A stretch of DNA of 61,532 nt, counting the filler. It is 6 parts of 6 records of this genome, joined end to end, with 100 filler letters (N's around TTAATTAATTAA, not from the genome) between each part and the next. Parts side by side here need not be neighbours in the genome. Positions count along the whole stretch, not along the records: positions 48,056 to 54,266 come from SRR31147125_20312; positions 54,367 to 61,532 come from SRR31147125_20346; 4 more parts are not named here. One strand, given 5' to 3'. Position 1 is the first letter of the stretch; the number at the start of each line of letters is the position of its first letter. Under the pieces are notes generated by a model that was given only the letters and a program-made list of their open reading frames with translations, was not told the origin of the DNA and did no database searches. Position numbers and translations under genes: made by a program. Positions 52,591 through 61,532 of this stretch are shown here, piece after piece.

Positions 52591-53602
52591 ATCTCAGCTT
52601 AACCAATACACATAAATTGCTCTATTTGCATAAAGTCTACACGTCTTTTATTATTGTATGATTCCATCTGTAAAAATATCCTACTATGAATATAGTATAC
52701 TGACCTCTTAAATTTATTTTAGGAGGTTTTCTTATAATGAAAACAATTTACACAGAAAAGCAAAAACAAGAATTAGTAAAAGAAGAATCAACGAGTTTAG
52801 TCTTTCTAAAGAAGAGTTTTCAAATGACGTTGATAATCCATATCATATATATTTCAATATAGTCGCATTATTTGCTTTAATTGTTTATATTGTTTCATCT
52901 ATTATCATATGTTATAATAGTATCTCAAAACAATATAAACTGCTTTGATTATATTTAAGTATTAAGATAATTAACAATCGAATTTTCAATTATAATTGAT
53001 TAAGTATACTAAGCAACAAACTATTTGATATTAGGATATATCTCTTTGAGTAATTACACTCTATCTACATATGTCTGGGATGGATATTAATAGATTATTT
53101 AATATTGGTCCATATTCATATTACTCTACTCCACACTCAAAATACGAAGAGTTTGATTTAGACTGAGCAAAAAAATTATTATGAAACAAAAAATCGAATT
53201 TGATTTTTAACCTGAAGATTTAATATCTGAGATTGGAAAAATATCAATATTATACTATTTTACTTGTAACTAAACTAGAATTTATAAATCCAATGAATTC
53301 TATAGCAATTCTTTATACAAATGAATTTACAAGCACATTATCGGGGAATATGGTCGGACACAAATACTTACTGATAGTGCTAAAAGGATACTAACAGATA
53401 AAGTAATGGAGCAAATCATATATATTGGAAAAAACTAATGAAAAATCATACCTGTACAGCTGCTGAATTTCATTTATTATCGAGCTTCATTCTCAAGATA
53501 TCGTTTCAAAACAATATCTCAAAGCTTGTTTTCGAATTCAATCAATGAAAACATTTTGTTTAGAAAACTAAATAATCTGTTATAAAATATGGAGGATTTA
53601 AA

Positions 53603-54088
53603 ATGAATTTAGAACTTTTTATAAGTATAACCGCCTTAATAGTTTCTTCAGTCACAGTTTTCATAGCATGGAGAATATATCTAAAAGATCATGAAAGAAG
53701 AAAAAAACAAGCAACTATCGAACAATACAATCTGCTAGTGCAGATGAATTTTGATATTGAAGCTGAAATAAATACATATTTCGGAGGCAAAGAACCAACT
53801 TTAGAACTAATCAACTCCGACAAGCATATCTTAAAAATAGTTACCTTTGTTCTATCTTCATATGAACGGTTTAGTGTCGGTGTAAATACTAATATCTTTG
53901 ATTTTGATATTATAGATAGAATGGCAGGCTCATACCTCATTGTTCTCTATACAAAATTTGCACCTTATATTGAGAGTATAAGAAATAAATATAATAGAAA
54001 AACATCTTATATTGAATTTGAAGAACTTGTTTCAAAAATCAAATCTAAAAGATCAAATTATCGCAATAACGAATATATTAAACACTAA
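53603..54088 (+). CDS. DUF4760-family protein
   Basis: N-terminal TM, RRKKQATI, YERFSVGVNTNIFDFDII, YIEFEELV. Confidence 0.7.
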   Translation: MNLELFISITALIVSSVTVFIAWRIYLKDHERRKKQATIEQYNLLVQMNFDIEAEINTYFGGKEPTLELINSDKHILKIVTFVLSSYERFSVGVNTNIFDFDIIDRMAGSYLIVLYTKFAPYIESIRNKYNRKTSYIEFEELVSKIKSKRSNYRNNEYIKH

Positions 54089-54266
54089 ATAAATTTTGAA
54101 TCTTAAGCAAGGTATTTAGTAGGTCAATAATCCTTATGTGGATTAAGCTGGATAAGTTTTTTTGAGATCTTTGCTTATACCCAAGTAAAGTGCTATAAGC
54201 AATTTTTCTTTTGCTTGTGCAAATCTTTTTCGCACACTCCCTTTTAAATTTTCTGAAATTGATTCA

Positions 54267-54366
54267 NNNNNNNNNNNNNNNNNNNNNNNNNNNNNNNNNN
54301 NNNNNNNNNNTTAATTAATTAANNNNNNNNNNNNNNNNNNNNNNNNNNNNNNNNNNNNNNNNNNNN
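54267..54366. other. Artificial contig-joining linker
   Basis: N run with TTAATTAATTAA. Confidence 0.98.
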
Positions 54367-54390
54367 TGTAAGTGCAAAGGGGGATATATA

Positions 54391-54693
54391 ATGACTATCT
54401 TTGAAATAATTGGATTAACATTTATATTTATTGGATTTGTATTTATGATCTTTGGAACTATTGCTCTATTTAGATATAAAGACTTTTATGCACGTATGCT
54501 AAGTTCTTGTATAATCGACGTAACTGGATTATTAACAATAATTGTTGGAATAATATTCTACAGAGGAAAAGAGATAGGAATATTTAAGTTAATATTCCTT
54601 GCTATACTCTACATTGTTCTTAATAGTATCAGTTCCCACGTATTGGCACGTGGTGCATATCTAAGTGGGGAATATGTAAAAGAGGAGAAGTGA
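54391..54693 (+). CDS. mnhG: Mrp/Mnh antiporter subunit G
   Basis: GTIALFRYKDFYARM...D..G, SSHVLARGAY. Confidence 0.85.
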   Translation: MTIFEIIGLTFIFIGFVFMIFGTIALFRYKDFYARMLSSCIIDVTGLLTIIVGIIFYRGKEIGIFKLIFLAILYIVLNSISSHVLARGAYLSGEYVKEEK

Positions 54694-54697
54694 TTTT

Positions 54698-55210
54698 ATG
54701 CATATACTTATATTGCTGGGAATGATTATTGCATCACTTTTTGTGATTGAATCAAATATTATCAGAAGGTCAATTATATATCTAGAGGTTCTTTCACTTC
54801 TAGCAGTATTTTCATATACTTACCTAAACGCCCCAGATGTTGCTTTGGCTGAGATAGTTATAGGGTGTTTATTCAGTACTATACTGCTACTAATCGCACT
54901 TCGTGAGAAGAAAATATTCCGTATAGGGTATTTCAGAACTGAGAATGTAAGTAGTTTTCAGATTGAGAAACATTTTTTTTATTTTGCAAAGGAACATGAG
55001 CTTCAACTTGATATAGTTGAACGTTTAAATGATTTTAGCATTGTTAGAGATAGAAGAGAGTGTGATATTATCCTGAGAGTTATTGATAACCAATATCACA
55101 TCTACTTTACTTTTAGAGTGTTTAAACAGGAAGAGTTAAGAGAGTGGGTAGAGTCAAACAGAATGCCTAACTCAGTAATTCACCTAAATGAAAAGGGGGC
55201 TAAGATATGA
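54698..55210 (+). CDS. DUF4040 / MbhD-like subunit with soluble C-terminal extension
   Basis: YLNAPDVALAEIVIG. Confidence 0.8.
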   Translation: MHILILLGMIIASLFVIESNIIRRSIIYLEVLSLLAVFSYTYLNAPDVALAEIVIGCLFSTILLLIALREKKIFRIGYFRTENVSSFQIEKHFFYFAKEHELQLDIVERLNDFSIVRDRRECDIILRVIDNQYHIYFTFRVFKQEELREWVESNRMPNSVIHLNEKGAKI

Positions 55211-55482
55211 AAATATATTCAATAATTTTGAGTTCATTAATGCTTCTGCTTATATTTTCTCTCCTTGGTGACTTTATAGGATTTGAAACTTTAAATACTG
55301 ATACTGCCGAATACCTAATGAATGAACTGCAAGCAGAGTCAGGATCAGCAAATATAGTAACAGCTGTCTATCTGCAAACAAGGGTTTTCGATACTCTTTT
55401 TGAGACTTTATTATTACTAGTAAGTATCGTAGGGGTACTTCATTTCTCAAAAGAAAAAGGGGGTAAGAATAAAAAATGGTAG
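55207..55482 (+). CDS. MbhE-like subunit (MnhB N-terminal part)
   Basis: NIVTAVYLQTRVFDTLFE. Confidence 0.8.
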   Translation: MKIYSIILSSLMLLLIFSLLGDFIGFETLNTDTAEYLMNELQAESGSANIVTAVYLQTRVFDTLFETLLLLVSIVGVLHFSKEKGGKNKKW

Positions 55483-55859
55483 CTAATTCATCTATTATCA
55501 AAAAAATAATACCACTTCTTAACCCTATAATATTTCTATTTGGTATCTATATAATAGTAAATGGAACCACATCACCTGGAGGGGGATTTCAGGGAGGAGC
55601 TGTATTAGCTGGTGGCTTAATACTAAGATATCTCGTATTTGGAGTCTCAAAAGCTGATATGAAGCTTATACAGCTACTAGAAAAGTCTCTGTTTCTATTA
55701 ATAATAATTTTAACAGTATTATTAGTCTTTAATGGAAATCCATATTCAAGTGCAAATACTAATTTAGTATATATTAGAATCGTTAACCTGCTAATAGGGT
55801 TAAAAGTATACTGTGGATTATCTGTTATTTTATTGATATTTATCTTTAATAAAGAGTAG
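55476..55859 (+). CDS. mnhB: Mrp/Mnh antiporter subunit B
   Basis: NGTTSPGGGFQGG, IGLKV. Confidence 0.85.
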   Translation: MVANSSIIKKIIPLLNPIIFLFGIYIIVNGTTSPGGGFQGGAVLAGGLILRYLVFGVSKADMKLIQLLEKSLFLLIIILTVLLVFNGNPYSSANTNLVYIRIVNLLIGLKVYCGLSVILLIFIFNKE

Positions 55860-55869
55860 GTGCAGTTCT

Positions 55870-56223
55870 ATGTTTACTAATATGGCTTTATACACCAGTC
55901 TTATTCTATTTTGTATTGGATTATATGGAATAATGTTTAATAAAAGTGTTTTGAAGAGTATAATTTGCCTGAACATTATGCAAGTTGGGGTTATCCTATT
56001 TTTCATAACAATAGGGAATAACAGTAGCCAAATACCACCAATAGGGGAAGGGGCAAAAATGTCTGACCCAATGCCTCAAGCTCTTATGTTAACAGCTGTT
56101 GTAATTGGACTAGCTGTGATATCACTTTCTCTGACTTTATATATTAGAATGGTTAGAAAATATGGGAGCAGTTACTGGGATAAGATTTTGATACGAAAAA
56201 GGGAGGAGCATGATGAACATTAG
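55870..56223 (+). CDS. mnhC: Mrp/Mnh antiporter subunit C
   Basis: IGLYG, DPMPQALMLTAVVIG. Confidence 0.9.
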   Translation: MFTNMALYTSLILFCIGLYGIMFNKSVLKSIICLNIMQVGVILFFITIGNNSSQIPPIGEGAKMSDPMPQALMLTAVVIGLAVISLSLTLYIRMVRKYGSSYWDKILIRKREEHDEH

Positions 56224-57835
56224 TCTATTTTGGTTCGTTCTCCTGCCAATCTCTATTGGAGTGTTTTTTTATTTGGTAAAATCTAAACACTACAGGAAAA
56301 CTACCATAATATTTCAAACAATTTTTTTCATAATTGCAATTAGGAAATACATATCAATTCTTAATAACGGAACAATAGTTGAGCTAACTGGTAGATGGAA
56401 AGCTCCAATTGGTATTGCATTAAAAGGAGATAGGATAAACTTTATATTCGTTGTACTCACAACATTTGTATTTCTTATTCTATTTATTTATTCATACAGA
56501 GACCATTACTTTGACCATAAATTTATGTTTCTTAGTTTGGTTTTGGAGGGATTACTCGCGGGAGTATTTACATCAAATGATCTATTTAATATCTATGTAT
56601 TAATTGAGGTTTCAACTATTATCACTACGATATTGATAATGTATAAAAAAGATGAAACTGTAATCTATGATGGAATGGTCTATTTCCTACTTAATATGAC
56701 CGCCATGATGTTTTTCTTACTGGCACTAGGGTTTACCTATAAAATATTTGGTACTCTGGATATTGATCTTTTAAAAGAGTTAACTCATAATGCTGACTAT
56801 GATAAGCGGGTACTCATATTACCATATGGATTCTTTATGACTGCTGCTGCATTTAAATGTGGAATGGCTCCATTATGGGGCTGGGTAACACGTGCATATG
56901 CTACACCTGCTGTTCCTGCTGTTATATCAATGGTATTAGCGGGAGTTACATCGAAATCAAGCTTTATAATATTCTATAGACTTGACTATATATTTGCTGA
57001 TATATTTAAGCTAGATTATGTATTTATGACACTTGGTGCAATAACTGCAATACTTGCATTTATATTTGCTCTTTCTCAAAGTGACTTGCGTAAAATTTTG
57101 GCATATCACTCTATTAGCCAAATGGGACTAATCATATTTGCATTTCATTTACCTAGTAAGTATGCATTCTATGGTGCGCTATATCATAGTATAAATCACA
57201 GTTTATTCAAAGGATTACTGTTTATTACACTTGCTATATTAACAACAGTATATGGCTCAAGTAATATAAAGAAAATAAACGGTGTTATAAAAGAATATCC
57301 ATATGTGGCGATACCTCTAATAGTAGGTATGTTATCCATCACGGGAGCCCCACTTTTTAATGGGAGTATCTCGAAATATTACATTTCAAAAGGGGCAAAT
57401 ACACCTCTGTTTGAATATACATTACACATAATAAATATAGGAACAATTCTTAGTTTTATCAAATTTTCAACTATACTATTTGGAGATAGTAGTTTAACTG
57501 AACTATGTAAGAAAAGGCACCGAATCTCACGAAGTCGATATATAGGTATCTATGCACTGTCAATAGCATGCTTCATAGGTGGTATCTTCGGAAGTAAAAT
57601 CATGAGTACTCTATATGGAGTGGAATTTCATCTAGAGTCCACTAAATATATAAATAAGAGTATCATATATGGGTTAATGGTAATTAGTGGATTATTCTTT
57701 TACAAATATCTATATAATAGAATTGCTTTATTTAAGCTAATTAAAAAAACTGAGTTTGATTTTAGAATAATGGTTAGTACAATCGCTCTATTTTTTGTTA
57801 GTTTTACTTTTTTGCTTAAATTAGTAGTTAAGTAA
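56210..57835 (+). CDS. mnhD: Mrp/Mnh antiporter subunit D (MbhH-like)
   Basis: W.APIGI, DLFNIYVLIEV, DLRKILAYHSISQMG, NHSLFKGLLF, GAPLFNGSISK. Confidence 0.88.
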   Translation: MMNISLFWFVLLPISIGVFFYLVKSKHYRKTTIIFQTIFFIIAIRKYISILNNGTIVELTGRWKAPIGIALKGDRINFIFVVLTTFVFLILFIYSYRDHYFDHKFMFLSLVLEGLLAGVFTSNDLFNIYVLIEVSTIITTILIMYKKDETVIYDGMVYFLLNMTAMMFFLLALGFTYKIFGTLDIDLLKELTHNADYDKRVLILPYGFFMTAAAFKCGMAPLWGWVTRAYATPAVPAVISMVLAGVTSKSSFIIFYRLDYIFADIFKLDYVFMTLGAITAILAFIFALSQSDLRKILAYHSISQMGLIIFAFHLPSKYAFYGALYHSINHSLFKGLLFITLAILTTVYGSSNIKKINGVIKEYPYVAIPLIVGMLSITGAPLFNGSISKYYISKGANTPLFEYTLHIINIGTILSFIKFSTILFGDSSLTELCKKRHRISRSRYIGIYALSIACFIGGIFGSKIMSTLYGVEFHLESTKYINKSIIYGLMVISGLFFYKYLYNRIALFKLIKKTEFDFRIMVSTIALFFVSFTFLLKLVVK

Positions 57836-57875
57836 ATTAACCCACAAGCACTAAATGCTCTGTGGGTTAATTTTT
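57834..57875. terminator. Bidirectional terminator between convergent operons
   Basis: AAATTAACCCACAAGCA-ctaaa-TGCTCTGTGGGTTAATTT. Confidence 0.75.
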
Positions 57876-57917
57876 AAATGCCACTATAAAATGACTAAAT
57901 CCCTGCATCAAACATCT

Positions 57918-59291
57918 TTAAAAATCAAATTCTCTTAAAATATCTTGCGTGAGTTTAGATAAAGTATCTCCTCTATCTATCCTATCTTGATAAGGCTGTT
58001 TTATAATTTTTTCCAGTTCTTTAATTTCTTTTCTATACTTTTCTTTTAAAGTTTTATTATTTTCTTCTGTTAAAGGGTTTTCATCAAATAATTCTTCAAT
58101 ACTTCCTAGATATTCTTCAGGATAATATTCGATATTATGAAGCATATTAAGTATATATTTATTATGAGAGGTTTTATAAACTTCAGATAATTTAAATATT
58201 TTTATTGATTTTTCTATTCTTTCATCTAGATTAAAATCTTTTGAAGATTTCAATTTAATTTTAATTTCTAATTTATTTTCATTAGAATTTAACACTGCTT
58301 CTACTTGAGAAGCCCCTGTAGTGAATTTTGCATTCTCACCAAATTCATCCTCATAAGGATATAAGTGCCCCTCTTTATTCCCTTTCATTCTTGAATTACA
58401 TATTTGACAACTAGGTATAAAATTATAAAGCGATAGAGCTAAGTAAGGATATTTTGCTTGAGGATAATAATGGTCTAAATCTGCCGTTGTTTTTATAGTT
58501 GAATCATCAGTATAGTTCGTAGTATAGTTCGTAATATAGTTTCGATTACAATAAGGACAAACTTCTATATTTAAGCTACTCATAATCTTATGCCTTCCAT
58601 AATCTTTATTTTTACCAAATTTAGTATAATTAAAAATCCTTTCAAATTCTTCAAGATTTTTATCTTTTAAAATATAATCTAGTCTATATTTTTTATTATT
58701 ATCAATAAAATTATCAATTATACCTTGATATTCATCTATATTTTTTATTCTTTTACCATATTTATCATATTCTTTTTTATTACAGTTAATTTCATCTTTT
58801 AACACTTTATGAATAAGCACTTCTTCTAATTCAGACTTCTGTTGTTTAGCCACATAATTTCCTGCTTCACATTTAGATAAAAATTTCAGGAAAATATTTT
58901 TTTCATAATCAAAATAGCAATCTTCAAATGATTCTAAAAATTTCTTTGCTTTCTCAATATCAATTTTTTGATTATAAAATTTACTTTTCTTATCAGTAGT
59001 AGTATATTTATTAAAATAATTATTAATCTCGTATATTTTAGAATTATTTAACAAATTTCCAAATAAACTAACAAACTCTTTATTTATTTCTTCTAAAGTT
59101 ATTAATTTCTCTGAAAGAAATACCCTTTCTATATTTTTATAACCTACTAGCATAGAGGATAAATTTTCTGTAATCCATGTTATTAATTCAGGGTCTAAAG
59201 AACTTTCTTCTAATCTCTTATTTATTGAGTTTTTCCAGTATTTATAATATTCTTCTTCTACAGTATAACTAAACTTATCTATCCTAATCAT
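57918..59291 (-). CDS. HNH endonuclease (Septu PtuB-like, long form)
   Basis: VCPYCNRNYI, DLDHYYPQAKYPYLALSLYNFIPSCQICN; start overlaps the ATPase stop. Confidence 0.85.
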   Translation of the reverse strand: MIRIDKFSYTVEEEYYKYWKNSINKRLEESSLDPELITWITENLSSMLVGYKNIERVFLSEKLITLEEINKEFVSLFGNLLNNSKIYEINNYFNKYTTTDKKSKFYNQKIDIEKAKKFLESFEDCYFDYEKNIFLKFLSKCEAGNYVAKQQKSELEEVLIHKVLKDEINCNKKEYDKYGKRIKNIDEYQGIIDNFIDNNKKYRLDYILKDKNLEEFERIFNYTKFGKNKDYGRHKIMSSLNIEVCPYCNRNYITNYTTNYTDDSTIKTTADLDHYYPQAKYPYLALSLYNFIPSCQICNSRMKGNKEGHLYPYEDEFGENAKFTTGASQVEAVLNSNENKLEIKIKLKSSKDFNLDERIEKSIKIFKLSEVYKTSHNKYILNMLHNIEYYPEEYLGSIEELFDENPLTEENNKTLKEKYRKEIKELEKIIKQPYQDRIDRGDTLSKLTQDILREFDF

Positions 59292-61275
59292 TCTTATCAC
59301 CACTAAAATACTTTCTAAATTCATCTTTTGATAAACCAGATTTTCTAATTAGATTCTCAATTTTAAATGTACTATCTGTATTGTTTTTATAGTCTAGATA
59401 ATCATCATACATTTTTTGTAATTTTTCCCTTATTAACTTTTCTCCGATAGAATTTATTAAGTACTCTATCTCACTTCTTTTTCCCTCTATTTCTTTTTCA
59501 TTCTCGTAGATTACTTTTCCATCAATTTTATTCTTTTCTGATTTAAGTAAATTAATAATTTCTTGGATTTTTTCTTTCCCAAACTCTCCAAATGTTGAAT
59601 CCATGAAAAAAGAATCTTTGTATAATTCAAAAATATTAGCACCAAATGTGTTAGGTTTCTTTTTTACAACAATACAGTTGCCTGTTTTTTCGTCTTTATC
59701 TAACATAATTATATTTTCTTTTGGTAAATCAGAAGCGATAAATGGTGAATGTGATGTTAGAATTATTTGGATATTTTTCTTTTGTGAAAGTGCATTATCT
59801 TGAAGAAATTCTTTTAGATATATCTCGGAAAAATAAATATTTACAAATTGTATAAATTTTCTCTTCCATTCTGGGTGATACGTTGCTTCAGGTTCATCCA
59901 TCAATATTAAAAGATTTTTACTCCTTGGTTTTAGAACATCCACAGATATATATGAAAATCTACCCATAAAGTTTAGTAATGACAGTTCCCCAGAACTTAA
60001 TTGTTTCCCCCAATTATAATCTATTAAGGAATAACGATTTAGAGTTGAAAGCATTCCTGAAAACTCTTGATAAGTGTTCATATTAAAATCAATCTCCACT
60101 TCAAACTTATTTCTTACATCAAATTTATATTCCTTATCACCAAACATTATTTTTTTATCTGTTAGTTTATGAGTTAATAAATTTTTAATTACGTTGAGAA
60201 ATCCTGTGTTAGTTCTTGCCGACTCAGGAGCTTTTATTTCTTTAGCTTCTTTATCATAGATTTCTATATGCTTTTCTATTTCGAGAATAAATAAGTTTAT
60301 TCTGTGAAAACTTTCTGATTCTTCAATTATTCCCCAGTTAATATGTTCCTTATCTATTTTATTTTTATCAATATCATCTAAAACATTTATAATCAATTTA
60401 TCAACACATATTGAAACTAAGCTCATTATAAATTTTTCTAATATTTTATCTTCTAATGATAAATTCAAATCTTTTAGTTTTTTTAGTTTATTAGTATATT
60501 CTATATAATCATTAGCTTTTTCACTTAATCTTTGCGATTTAAGAATCATTACTATAGATTTTATCGAAGATAATTTATTAATATATTCTTTATAAGATAA
60601 TTTTGATAGCAATTCTTTTTTAGAAGATAAAAAATACATTTGTTTTCTTGTATCATTTATATTTAATCTTGGCATCATATCTAGTTTAATATCTATTTCT
60701 TGTTTTGTTTCTATCCTCTCTTTTTGTACAGTTTCATATTCTATTTTTTCCAATTCCTCTTGTAAAAAGTACCCTGTTGAAATATTATAAAATCCTGTAT
60801 AATTATATCTATTGTAATTGTTATGATTATTAATTATATCTGAATAAAATAATATTTTTAATTCTAGTTTATCTTTAGTTTCTTTTGTTACTTTGTATGA
60901 TTTACTTTTATCCAATTCTTCTAGATTTTCAACAACAATATTTTCTGCAACAAATACTAATTTTTCTCCATCATAACAAACAAAATAATAATAAAAGTTT
61001 TCAAATGATTTTTCTCTATTATCTTTTAAAGTAGCTAGTAATTCCAGGATTGATGATTTTCCAGTTCCATTTTTTCCGATGATAGCATTAATATTTACTA
61101 TATTTTCTCCAAATAACTTTACTTTGTTTTCGTGATCTTCGATTGAAGCTTGAACTGAATAACCATCTACATCATTAGGTTTCATTTTAGTATTTATAGT
61201 AAATTTTGAACTAAAATTAAAACCTTGCATTTTGATATTTTTATATTCTTTTACCCATAAATATATTAGCTCCAC
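59284..61275 (-). CDS. AAA/ABC-type ATPase (Septu PtuA-like)
   Basis: MELIYLWV..YKNI, IIGKNGTGKSS, LSSGE, LMDEPEATYHPEW, LTSHSPFIASDLP, TFGANI. Confidence 0.88.
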   Translation of the reverse strand: MELIYLWVKEYKNIKMQGFNFSSKFTINTKMKPNDVDGYSVQASIEDHENKVKLFGENIVNINAIIGKNGTGKSSILELLATLKDNREKSFENFYYYFVCYDGEKLVFVAENIVVENLEELDKSKSYKVTKETKDKLELKILFYSDIINNHNNYNRYNYTGFYNISTGYFLQEELEKIEYETVQKERIETKQEIDIKLDMMPRLNINDTRKQMYFLSSKKELLSKLSYKEYINKLSSIKSIVMILKSQRLSEKANDYIEYTNKLKKLKDLNLSLEDKILEKFIMSLVSICVDKLIINVLDDIDKNKIDKEHINWGIIEESESFHRINLFILEIEKHIEIYDKEAKEIKAPESARTNTGFLNVIKNLLTHKLTDKKIMFGDKEYKFDVRNKFEVEIDFNMNTYQEFSGMLSTLNRYSLIDYNWGKQLSSGELSLLNFMGRFSYISVDVLKPRSKNLLILMDEPEATYHPEWKRKFIQFVNIYFSEIYLKEFLQDNALSQKKNIQIILTSHSPFIASDLPKENIIMLDKDEKTGNCIVVKKKPNTFGANIFELYKDSFFMDSTFGEFGKEKIQEIINLLKSEKNKIDGKVIYENEKEIEGKRSEIEYLINSIGEKLIREKLQKMYDDYLDYKNNTDSTFKIENLIRKSGLSKDEFRKYFSGDKND

Positions 61276-61532
61276 TAAATCAACTCCCTTTACTACATAT
61301 TATCAAGTTTTTCTCCCACATTATTTGAATTGTATCACTATCTAACTCCATTAGTCAATGCAAAGTACCTCTATAAAATGACACAAAATGTTATTTTATT
61401 TAAAATACACTATTTTAATCGCATTCAAAATAAAAATACTAAACTTTTCATCAAACAAGTCTCTAGCTAAGCATTAGATTTATTCACCAAAAATAGTAAA
61501 ACCACTAATTTTAAGTGATTCTTTTAAATTTT

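Noticed and set aside
17462-54366. Recurrent TTAATTAATTAA motif, and any functional link between genes across the N gaps (e.g. Lamassu-like plus Septu-like as one defence island)
   Set aside because: These are artificial linkers. The flanking contigs differ in composition, SD type and apparent taxonomy.
61276-61532. Retron ncRNA upstream of the PtuAB-like pair
   Set aside because: AT-rich promoter-like sequence with no convincing a1/a2 inverted repeats or msd stem, and no RT in the window.

Overview
The window is not one locus. It is six unrelated metagenomic contigs joined by 100-nt N-TTAATTAATTAA-N linkers. (1) 1-17461: a carbohydrate-uptake locus from a non-Bacteroidota FCB-type bacterium (KSB1/Calditrichota-like, by inference). 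It encodes a LacI fragment, a tandem-domain FlgD/T9SS-CTD protein, an OM barrel, a TonB-dependent receptor, a large CTD-bearing partner, a PorV-like barrel, two beta-propellers, a Na+/solute symporter and a GH38. (2) 17562-28325: Bacteroidales-like chromosome with a hybrid kinase, DUF3098-ECF sigma-anti-sigma facing DUF2723 (the two units share one ECF promoter motif), rfaD, folE, a lipoprotein and an ABC transporter. (3) 28426-38763: an all-minus-strand archaeal (GGTGA Shine-Dalgarno, DPANN-like) virus- or plasmid-like segment. It has up to six proteins with class III (prepilin-like) signal peptides, S26 and CPBP-like proteases, a PC4-like ssDNA-binding protein, 23-bp periodic repeats and two hairpin-rich non-coding regions that fold best on the template strand. 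This is the best candidate for an undescribed system. (4) 38864-47955: an ECF sigma/anti-sigma/Spy-ZraP-like regulon with a DUF1566 protein and an HlyD-VTC-DUF4956-DUF4353 cassette, carrying three copies of a CGCA-N17/18-CGTC promoter. (5) 48056-54266: AT-rich contig with a Ddl-like ligase and an HNH-effector ABC-three-component (Lamassu-like) defence operon. (6) 54367-61532: AT-rich contig with an Mrp/Mbh-type antiporter operon and a Septu-like ATPase + HNH pair. About nine genes are broken by single-base indels in A/T homopolymers, most likely sequencing errors. All family assignments come from motif recognition by eye; no database search was run.
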